From Octopus bimaculoides (Eukaryota), in contig NC_068981.1 in NCBI RefSeq assembly GCF_001194135.2, forward strand, positions 138,506,306 through 138,546,625: 40,320 nucleotides of DNA, read 5' to 3'. The position numbers and the translations under genes are program-made. Within the stretch, counting starts at the first letter, position 1; every line of letters begins with the position of its first letter. The notes under the pieces were generated by a model that was not told where the DNA came from, did no database searches, and saw only the letters and a program-made list of their open reading frames with translations. Shown in pieces: positions 9,927 to 19,825 of this stretch.

Positions 9927-11406
9927 TCAGTTTACATCGACTTCTTCGTCCTCAGAACAAACATCGTCATCAGAACATACATCACTGGGGTCTGGTTGAT
10001 GATTGTGAAGGCTGTGAGGGTTGTGTATGGTAAGGTAGCTTCTGTTCGGACTGTCCACGACCAGTTCATTGTTGTTGACCTTACTTCTGTTATTACTGTG
10101 AGATAGAGAGGCGGAATTAGTAACAATTACACTCGCGCCATTACCACCATTTGTTTTGTAGCGACTATTATTACTGCTACTAGTACTACTACTACTACTG
10201 CTAAGACTGACACCACTAACTCCACAACTGTCAATCGTAGCAGCACCAACACTAACTCCGAGACCTACACCAGTATCACTTCCAGCACTACTACTAGCTA
10301 CGCATAATCCAGCATTGTTACTGACACCGCTACTACTATCTTTGCTATTGTCTCCATCTTGCCGTACATGAACTTTGCGGTGTCGTTCAAGATTGCTTTT
10401 GTGACTTGTAGCATAATCGCAGACAGAACACACAAAATCTTTCTGACCGTTGTGAACAGACAGGTGTCTTTTAAGCAAGGCTTTTCGACAAAATCGCCGA
10501 CCGCAATAGAAGCACGTATAGCCATGGTAATGAAATATCATGGCATGTTCACGAAGAGATGCTTTCGTTGTAAAAAGGATGCCGCAACATTCTAGAAGTT
10601 TGGAGCAAGCTTGATGCATTGTCAACATATGCCGCTTGAGGTTGTTTCGCCGGTCAGTTGTATAACGACACTGTGGACAGGGGAATACTTTGCGGCCATA
10701 GTTCAATTGTGTCAGTGAATCTGTAAAAACGGGCAACATGGAAGGGAAAGGATCAGTAGGAGGGATCAATTTTTGAGGCCCTTGTAAAGATGAAGTAAAA
10801 GATAAGGCTGAATGTTTACTGTCGGGTAAAAACTGTTGATGAGCTGCTGCTTGTAAGAGACTTGGCGTGGTCGCAGCTCCGTGGCTGTTGTGACCCATAG
10901 CTGGGATGAAGCTCGATACTGCTGCAGCCGCAGCAGATGCACTTGCTGCTATGCTCACGGACGTATTTCCATGTATGTTGTAGCACGGACCATCGGGGAT
11001 ACTGCTACCAGGGGAGACACCGCTGCTGCTACTACTTACACCGTTACTACATACGGCGCCGCTGCCACCAACAACAACAATACTACCGGTACCATTTCCA
11101 CTGTTGGCACCACTGGTCACAGTTCCTGTTCTTGCTCCAACAGCACTGTTAACTGCGGCAGCAGCGGCGGCGGCGGCTGCAGCAGCAGCAGCTGAGGCAG
11201 CGCTCCTGTGAAACGCCCCTGCTGCAGTAGATAGTCGGTGGATGGTTGGAGGACAGAAGGATGACAGACAATGCTTGTCAAACGAATAGCGAGTTCCATC
11301 GAGTTTCCAAGCGCTAAATGGTATTTGGCAGATCGATCGGCCAGGTGGTGCACAACGACTGGCAGTATCCAAACATGAACCCGGTCCAAGTAGAGCCACA
11401 GGTGGT
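9927..11406 (-). CDS. Terminal coding exon of a C2H2 zinc-finger protein (4 fingers, Ala/Ser/Gly low-complexity flanks, acidic C-terminus)
   Basis: ~490-codon open frame with fingers CPQC..HMLTMH, CC..HAMIFH, CFYC..HLSVH and CSVC..HRKVH (10368-10686), including an HNGQKDF linker resembling HTGEKPF. There is no in-frame ATG at the 5' end; a tttttcag acceptor sits at 11409-11407 with a phase-2 junction (xxA CCA CCT GTG). TGA is at 9929-9927. Confidence 0.92.
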
Positions 11407-11718
11407 CTGAAAATAGAATAAGAAACTCATATTATAGCAATATTGATAATATATATATCAAAGAATTAGCATGTATAAACTAATACAAATAGTGCTTTTG
11501 TAACTGTACACATGCATACATGCATGCATACAGACAGACATACATACATACGAAGTTTATTATTCAAGTATATATGAGCATGTCTAGACATGCAACTATA
11601 TGCATGAGAATATGTACATAAAACAAAACATACAAACCTACATATATACATACATAAAGCATCCATAAAACAAAACGTACCAATCTGCACATATACATAC
11701 ATACATGCATTCATACAA

Positions 11719-11843
11719 ATATACCCTGTTGTTGATGACAATTATACCATGTCTATATGTAGACACATGTGTTGATATACCCCTGTTGCTGATGACAAAC
11801 ATGTGTTGATATACTCCTGTTGTTGATGAGAAATATACCCTGT
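11719..11843. repeat. Short minisatellite (~34-bp unit acatgtgttgatatacccctgttgttgatgacaa, ~3 copies)
   Basis: Direct repeats read by eye. Confidence 0.7.
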
Positions 11844-11935
11844 CTACAGAATCATCAACGCCATCACCATAAAGGAAGCGTTCAGCAAAGAAAATAAATT
11901 TTCGGATACGAGGTAAATCCGACAACGATGACGGT

Positions 11936-11949
11936 ATATATATACATAT

Positions 11950-12002
<53 letters not shown>

Positions 12003-12003
12003 T
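11936..12003. repeat. (TA)n/(CA)n microsatellite abutting a gap
   Basis: Direct reading. Confidence 0.95.
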
Positions 12004-12386
12004 ANNNNNNNNNNNNNNNNNNNNNNNNNNNNNNNNNNNNNNNNNNNNNNNNNNNNNNNNNNNNNNNNNNNNNNNNNNNNNNNNNNNNNNNNNNNNNNNN
12101 NNNNNNNNNNNNNNNNNNNNNNNNNNNNNNNNNNNNNNNNNNNNNNNNNNNNNNNNNNNNNNNNNNNNNNNNNNNNNNNNNNNNNNNTATATATTATATT
12201 AAAGGAAAATAGACAAAACCAAGGCCGTTGTTCATTTTCCTTTAATATATACCTGCTGACTCGGAAGCCTACAACGGATTCCTAGCTCCAACCTTAGCTG
12301 TGAACTTGGAACCTAACGGATGATCAATCGTAGCACTAACTAAACCACCTATATTCTTTACACATGCATACATACATATATATGTA

Positions 12387-13240
12387 TTGGGTCATCCCAC
12401 AAATAATGTGGGGTTTTTTTTATACTTCTTTTATATTTCAAAATTAAGATAAACGAAGTTACTTTTTAACCTAAAATATACTCTCCGTCATTTTATACAA
12501 CGCTCTTCCATCTATCTGGTAGACTTGCGATAGCCCTCTTCCAAAATTCACTTGTCCGTGACGAAAAATACTTCTCCAATACTGTTCTGACCTCGTCTAC
12601 AAAATTCATATTTTTTCCGTCCAAATGATTTTGAAGACTGCGGAATAAATGATAATCAGATGGCGAATGTGGTGGGTGAGGCATCGTTTCCCATTCAAAC
12701 TGCTCCAACTTTTCAAATGTCATCCTCGCTGTACGTGACTGAGCATTATCCTGATGGAAGAATACCTTTCGTCTTGAAAACAAAGATGGTTGTTTTTCTT
12801 CTAGTGCTGACTTAAGCTGCTCAAGCTGCTCGCAGCAGATCTCCTTTGTTATCGTTTGGTTTGAGTTTAAAAGTTCAAAATGGACTAAACCTTTCATATC
12901 CCACCTAACAGATAACAACACCTTACGCGGGCGAAGACCTTCTTTAGCCTGGGGTGCTGGTGTTTCTCCTTGCCCTACCCACTGTCTCCGACACTTGACA
13001 TTTTTATAGAGAACCCATTTCTCGTCACCAGTCACTATTCGGTCCCAAAAACGTTCATTCGTGAGACGTGACAGCAAAGAAGAGCACACGTTCACTCTCT
13101 GCATGCGATTAGACTCGGAAAGTTTATGAATAAACCTTTGACCCAATTTGCTGACTTTTCCGATGGCACACAGGTGTCGATGAATGGTTGAATGACCAAA
13201 TCCAAGCTTCTCTGCTAGATTTTGTGTGAGCAACTCAGAT
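12387..13240 (-). mobile_element. 5'-truncated mariner (DD34D) transposon, transposase pseudogene
   Basis: The ORF contains IVTGDEKWVLY, KVLLSVRWD, FFHQDNA and PHPPHSP-SDYHLFRSLQNHL. A 3' TIR ttgggtcatcccacaaataatg follows TA at 12385-86; no matching 5' TIR was found. Confidence 0.92.
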
Positions 13241-13499
13241 AGATTTTGCGTGAGCGGGTACATGTTTCTAATGTATCTATTTACATCTCTATGAGTGTGT
13301 GTATGAATTTGTGTGCGTGCGCATATGTGTGTGTGCGTGTGTATGTATAGTATTTTCTTTACGTGAAGATAAATATTTAACACACTGAAAGTGTATCGAA
13401 GAAAAAATAGCCATGTTTAAAAAGCAAAGAATATCAAAATACAATAGTTAAAAAAACTTACTGAACAATTTAAAAAGTTTAATTAATAAAAAGGCACAT

Positions 13500-13760
13500 T
13501 TGGTAAGAATTAATTTAATTATATTACAGTAATCCAGATACTGGCTTATTTTAAAATTATTAGTTAAGAAATTAACATTCACTTGTATTTTATTGCAATC
13601 AATTTAATTACGCAACGTTTCGATCAATAATCTCCATGATGACAGCACCTGAAGATGATTGAATAGTTCACTTATCGAACTGTTACCTAATTAAATGCAA
13701 TTAATTTTACGTACAAGAGATTAAATATGCGAATAAATATTTCTTTGAGTAAGGATATTA
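13500..13760. mobile_element. Old inverted Penelope-like pLTR relic with degenerate hammerhead-like motifs
   Basis: Minus strand reads gat-tattg-atc GAAA cg-ttg-cg TA attaaattg; plus strand reads CTGAAGA..gat-tgaa-tag-ttca-ctt-atc GAA ctgttacctaattaaatg. The two outward-facing halves resemble each other. Confidence 0.45.
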
Positions 13761-13871
13761 AAAAACAATTTAGCTCAATTCAAAACAAATCTTCAATAAG
13801 TATTAAAGTGTAACACATTAAAATATTTTATACTTTAATTAATTTCTACACCCACATCTTTTATATACATG

Positions 13872-13873
13872 CA

Positions 13874-13939
<66 letters not shown>
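13872..13939. repeat. (CA)n microsatellite
   Basis: Direct reading. Confidence 0.97.
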
Positions 13940-14324
13940 NNNNNNNNNNCTACATCATTCTATTGATTTTGAGGAAACTTGACACGTGAGTAGAATTCAT
14001 GTCTGGAAACCTCTTGACATGCTTAGAATGTTTGAAAAAATCAATAATAGGGTCCCTGAAGGGACCTACCCAAGGGAAATAACCCTTAGCACGTGTACAA
14101 TATTTTTTTTAAAAAAGCACTCAAGGGAAATAACCCATTTCATTGTTTATGTTCGATTACTTTGAATATTGATTTTTTGTGTGCCCTATTTCTAGTTTTT
14201 GCAGACAATATCACTTTTATACTTTATTTGATACGTGACTAGAACTCATGTCTGGAAACCTCGTGACATACTTAGATTGTTGAAAAAAAAATCGATAATA
14301 GCACCCTTCTAATGGATCCTTCTA

Positions 14325-15004
14325 TCTCCTATATATTACTAATAATTTATTTAAACCCAATAATTTATTTAAAACCCATACCACCTGCAGATTTTAGCGA
14401 AGCGATCAATATTTGATTCTCACGATCAACCGACCTAATTCTGCATTTCACTACTCACAGTTTTGAACTGCTAAACATTATTATTGCACTTCCTTAATTT
14501 GAATCTTGAACATTAAAGACTTCATTCATACATTTCTATACATACATACTTTTTTGAATGCCCATTACTCCGATAATTCTGCATTTTTACAGTTACACTT
14601 TTTCCATGACAGTAGATAATTTTTTTTATTCCCCAACGTATTTGTATTGGCTTCATGCAGGCATAGCGTAGATTCGATCCTCGATTGCCAAATTTTACTT
14701 AACACTGCAACAGCGCTTTTCTCACGGTAAAACAATAGCTTTTCTGTGAATGACAGCAGTTAAACATTACCCAGATGCCTTCGCTAAGCAGAATAATGTC
14801 TTTGCCTCTCGCCAACTTCCGACAACCTCTTTCACCAACCTCCAACAATCTTCCCCTCCTTCAGCCGACAGTTTTTTGTACTTTTTCGTGACGGAAAATA
14901 ACCTTTTTGTGGCAGTTATAACGAAATTGCTTTCTTATATCAGAGTAATAAGGCGTTTCAATAGAACATCTTTACCCTCGGAAATTACCGGGTACACCAG
15001 CTAG
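14325..15004 (+). mobile_element. Candidate non-autonomous Helitron (~680 bp)
   Basis: 5' A|TCTCCTATATATTACTA; 3' hairpin ctcgg-aaatta-ccggg followed by tacaccagCTAG|T. No TIR or TSD. Confidence 0.45.
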
Positions 15005-15013
15005 TATACATAC

Positions 15014-15054
<41 letters not shown>

Positions 15055-15828
15055 NNNNNNNNNNNNNNNNNNNNNNNNNNNNNNNNNNNNNNNNNNNNNN
15101 NNNNNNNNNNNNNNNNNNNNNNNNNNNNNNNNNNNNNNNNNNNNNNNNNNNNNNNNNNNNNNNNNNNNNNNNNNNNNNNNNNNNNNNNNNNNNNNNNNNN
15201 NNNNNNNNNNNNNNNNNNNNNNNNNNNNNNNNNNNNNNNNNNNNNNNNNNNNNNNNNNNNNNNNNNNNNNNNNNNNNNNNNNNNNNNNNNNNNNNNNNNN
15301 NNNNNNNNNNNNNNNNNNNNNNNNNNNNNNNNNNNNNNNNNNNNNNNNNNNNNNNNNNNNNNNNNNNNNNNNNNNNNNNNNNNNNNNNNNNNNNNNNNNN
15401 NNNNNNNNNNNNNNNNNNNNNNNNNNNNNNNNNNNNNNNNNNNNNNNNNNNNNNNNNNNNNNNNNNNNNNNNNNNNNNNNNNNNNNNNNNNNNNNNNNNN
15501 NNNNNNNNNNNNNNNNNNNNNNNNNNNNNNNNNNNNNNNNNNNNNNNNNNNNNNNNNNNNNNNNNNNNNNNNNNNNNNNNNNNNNNNNNNNNNNNNNNNN
15601 NNNNNNNNNNNNNNNNNNNNNNNNNNNNNNNNNNNNNNNNNNNNNNNNNNNNNNNNNNNNNNNNNNNNNNNNNNNNNNNNNNNNNNNNNNNNNNNNNNNN
15701 NNNNNNNNNNNNNNNNNNNNNNNNNNNNNNNNNNNNNNNNNNNNNNNNNNNNNNNNNNNNNNNNNNNNNNNNNNNNNNNNNNNNNNNNNNNNNNNNNNNN
15801 NNNNNNNNNNNNNNNNNNNNNNNNNNNN

Positions 15829-15864
<36 letters not shown>

Positions 15865-16674
15865 CCTTGTGTCCTCGGTTTCTTGGTGGAGTAGTAAGGA
15901 CACACGTGTGACATGCGACTTGTATCTTTGGTTTAGTGGGGTTCATCGCTATCCAGGCTTGAGCACAAAAATAGAAAGACAGTGGTAAAGAGTAAAAGAA
16001 AAAAAAAGATCGACCAAGTCACAGAACTGGTACTCTTGTGATTTATTAAAAGGAGGAAATCACTTCCGTAGGATTTGAACCCAGACCGTACCCGATCGGA
16101 ACGATTAGAGAAAATCCACCTACCACATTGTAACGATGTAGCACATCAGCTACATACACGCCCAAACACTTGCAAGTGCAAAACCATTTATATATATTTG
16201 TGTATTACATGTATATGTGAGTGTGCATGTGTTTGTGTCTAGATGTCTGTGTGTGCGTGTGTCTAGATGTCTGTTTGTGTGTGTGTACAAGCTTGTATTT
16301 GTTCTTGTTCAGTAGTAATATTGTTAGTTGTTTGGAAGAGCATTATTCTCCACACTTGAATAAATGCTTGTCGTCTTTTAGCATTTATAAGGTCCATAAT
16401 TGCAGTTTAACCACCGTCGTTGCTCCAATGTACTCCTGTTTCTGTTTCAAGTACTGAGAATACAACAGACTCTATTAATTTACTGGTAAAGCACATTAAA
16501 ATCAATTAAGCATGAATGAATCTATGCGTACACTGGATTAATGATTTCCAGCACGACAAAATCTGCATCCTCTATCGACCTATATAGAATGGGAAGTAGC
16601 CGTCAAAAAGCAGCAGGGATGCTTATAGATGTGTGTGGGAGAGAGGTCAGTGTTTCTGTGTGTGTATACAGTAT

Positions 16675-16719
<45 letters not shown>

Positions 16720-16925
16720 CCCACTTCAACTATATGACATATGGCTTTAATTTTTAAGATATTAAGTTTTAGTTTAAGTATTATACCCGTTCTTTACATA
16801 CATACATGATATNNNNNNNNNNAGCACATAAATGTGCAACAAGGTGGAAAAAAGAGTACTCGAATACCAGAGATAGGGTAATATGCTTTATTTAAAAGCA
16901 TAAAAGCAGCAGAAATATAACAAAA

Positions 16926-16971
16926 AAAACTGTTACTCGGAGTTTCACGTTCCCGATCATCGGACAGTTTT
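16926..16971 (-). ncRNA. Minimal type-I hammerhead ribozyme-like motif (copy 1)
   Basis: aaaactgt | CCGATGA | tcg-ggaa-cgt | GAAA | ctc-c-gag | TA | acagtttt: 8-bp helix I, core, helix II, palindromic helix III, GUA cleavage triplet. Confidence 0.7.
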
Positions 16972-17287
16972 GTTAGAAATGGGAGAGAAATGACGATGCA
17001 ATCAAAACTAATATAAGATTAAAACACATGGATCTGTTTCATTGGTCGTTTCAAATAACGGTCTTAGGTATGCAATGAACAAAATAAACAAAACAAATGC
17101 ATTCAATATAAATTCATCCTATTTTTTAAAAGATCGAAGAAAACCTTAAAATAAGATGAATCTATATTGAATGCGTTTGTTCATTGCATACCTAAGACCG
17201 TTATTTGAAATGACCAATGAAACAGATCCATGTGTTTTGATTTTATATTAGTTTTGAGTGCATCGTCATTTCTCTTCCATTTCTAAC

Positions 17288-17333
17288 AAAACTGTCCGAT
17301 AAGCGGGAACGTGAAACTCCGAGTAACAGTTTT
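17288..17333 (+). ncRNA. Minimal type-I hammerhead ribozyme-like motif (copy 2, G8A)
   Basis: aaaactgt | CCGATAA | gcg-ggaa-cgt | GAAA | ctc-c-gag | TA | acagtttt. Confidence 0.65.
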
Positions 17334-18078
17334 TTTTAATATTTCTGCTGCTTTTAAATAGATTATACATATATATATATATAATATGTGTGTGTGTGTG
17401 TGAAGAGATGGAATGGTCAAAGGAGGCTTTCAATGTTCTTGACCATAGGTCAGTTTGATAAGGACTGACTTTAGGTTAGATAATAACAACATCGTCGCCC
17501 ACACGCTAAAATTGACAACTAAATCAAGGATAGTCAGGTTGCATTGCAAGTAACATATTGCGTTACCATCCGGGCTGCACACTTTTACATGTTTTTTTCT
17601 TTCTCGAGCAGATCCTGCTAATTTCTTGGCTTACTTAAAATTTTGTAGGTGCTGCATAACTACTTGTATGATCCATAGCTCCTTGTTTATCGGCTAAAAT
17701 AATAGCTTCGGTCAATCAATGCATTATAAAATGTTTTATAATCTCCTAAATACTTGAGTTATATATAAGCTCAAAGTTTGAAAACAAAGCCGCTGTTGTG
17801 TTATAATTTTTATGAATCGTGTATTTATACTGCCATATGAAACTGTTATGTCTCAAGTTACTGCTATCTAGCACCTTCGGATGATCTCTACTCAACCGCT
17901 ACACGGCAGCTACTCAACCGTCAGTCGACTGGCAGTCCACTCCTACCACGGTCAGACTACCTCTATTTATGTCTTGGTCGAGCCTACTTCTTCGCTTGGG
18001 GGCGTCGACACAACAGAAACAAAATGATCGAACTCAGGATTTAGACACTGACAGAAGGCACTGTGAGTAGCCCTGTAC

Positions 18079-18220
18079 GCAACTGGTACTTAATTTATCG
18101 ATCTCGAAAGGATGAAAGGCAAAGTCGACCGCGGTGGAATTTGAATTCAGAACGTAAAGACAGACGAAATACCGCTAAGCATTTCGCCCGGCGTGCTAAC
18201 GTTTCTGCCATCTCGCTGCC
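18079..18220 (-). mobile_element. SINE family A, 3'-truncated
   Basis: Head and central part are nearly identical to 7429-7643 and 27495-27725; the tail is absent. Confidence 0.88.
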
Positions 18221-18660
18221 GTAATGAACAAATTGATATTGCCTGAGGGAAATATCGACGGGTATCAGTGCATGACTGCGCGCGCGCGCGTTTTGTGTTT
18301 GTGTGTATGTGTTTGTGTTTATATGTGTGCCATATATTGCAAGAAACACCAAAATAAAATTGAACAACAGTATTGGGGTTGAATTCCTGTTACAAAAACT
18401 AGTGCGGGAGCTGTTGCATCAAACCGTTAAAAAGTTCTTGGGTGAAGAGTAAGTCAATACCCAAATGGATATATTTCAATAGCTCCAAACTTTCGTGACG
18501 TTAATTCTCTCGTCTCTTAATGAAATAAGACCATCTCATAAAATGCATTGAACACTTTCTCCGTTAGGCAGGTTCACATGCCACTAAAGTACTGCTGTCT
18601 GTTATACGTTTAGAAAAACTTTAAATTAGTTCCTTAGATCAGTGCTATAAGAAGATTGTA

Positions 18661-19040
18661 GAGGCGCAATGGTCCAGTGGTTAGGGCAGCGGACTCGCGG
18701 TCGTAGGATCGCGGTTTCGATTCCCAGACCGGGCATTGTGAGTGTTTATTGAGCGAAAACATCTAAAGTTCCACGAGGCTCCAGTAGGGGATGGTGGCGA
18801 ACCCTGCTGTATTCTTCCACCACAACTTTCTCTCACTCTTTCTTCCTATTTCTGTTGTACTTGTATTTCAAAGGGCCAGCTTTGTCACACTCTGTGTCAC
18901 GCTGAATCTCCCCGAAAACTACGTTAAGGGTACACGTGTCTGTGGATTGCTCAGCCACTTGCACGTTAATTTCACGAGCAGGCTGTTCCGTTGATCGGAT
19001 CAACTGGAACCCTCAACGTCGTAAGCGACAGAGTGCCAAC
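18661..19040 (+). mobile_element. SINE family B, full length
   Basis: Near-identical to 8061-8434; candidate TSD aagaagatt / aagacgatt. Confidence 0.9.
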
Positions 19041-19539
19041 CAAGAGACAAGACGATTAATGAGAAGTAACTGTGTGAAAACAATGTATTGCTTCTGAAAT
19101 GCGTTAAATTGTAATTTTGTAAAAGAAATCTTCTAGATGCGAACAGTATTATGCAGGTAAATTGCATATGTACTCAGATGTATAAAAAAAAATTTAAAAA
19201 ACTCTCAGCAGATCTGTATTCAGAGGATTTGATAGAAAAAAAATTTCGTTTCCAAACACAAGTAGCGGTTTCCTGGTTGGTTTTCTGCCTGACATTCGGT
19301 GTTCGTTTGACTGTTGCTGACGAGTCATAATGTGGTGGAATCACATGATGGAACAGTACCGCCCGCTAGTGCTGGCGAAATATCGTCAAGTAATATCAAT
19401 GCATTTCAGCATTTGTCGTCTCCATGATATGATTCCATGGGATATTTACCGCAGTCTATGGCGTTATAAACAATACATACAAGTTAGTTTGGATACGTTG
19501 ATATTCGTTACAAAGGCTGCTTCTGCCGGTAATAAAAAA

Positions 19540-19540
<1 letters not shown>

Positions 19541-19583
<43 letters not shown>

Positions 19584-19825
19584 AGCGTGTGTACATGTTT
19601 GTGCATAAGAGTGCGCGTGCGTATGTGTGTGCGTGTGTGCGTATGCATGTGTATGTATATATATGTGTGTTAATGCGTGTGTTGTGAGTGCGTATGTTGT
19701 GTATGAGTGTGTGTGTGTATATGTGTGTGCATATGTGTGTGTATGCGTGTGTGTGTACGTGTGTATTGTTTGCGTGTGTGTGTGTCTGTCCGTATGCGTG
19801 CGCCCGCGTGTGTATATGTATGATA
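19541..19825. repeat. Degenerate (TG)n-rich simple repeat
   Basis: Direct reading. Confidence 0.93.

Larger units (their letters stand above)
16813..17360. mobile_element. Penelope-like element pLTR fragments in inverted (tail-out) arrangement
   Basis: Arms 16889-17125 and 17148-17360 are near-perfect reverse complements with a ~22-bp spacer. The left arm continues (minus strand) through aataaagcatattacc... Each arm holds a hammerhead-like motif. Confidence 0.7.

Noticed and set aside
10298-11389. Several ORFs overlapping the ZF exon (10298-10525, 10359-10595, 10881-11195, 10937-11152, 11117-11389)
   Set aside because: They are shadow frames of the GC-richer, triplet-repeat-rich coding exon and show no domain signal.
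11850-11935. Possible upstream coding exon (PSSLSDLPRIRK...DSVDR|gtatat)
   Set aside because: The donor is phase 0, the ZF acceptor needs phase 2, and the other frames contain stops.
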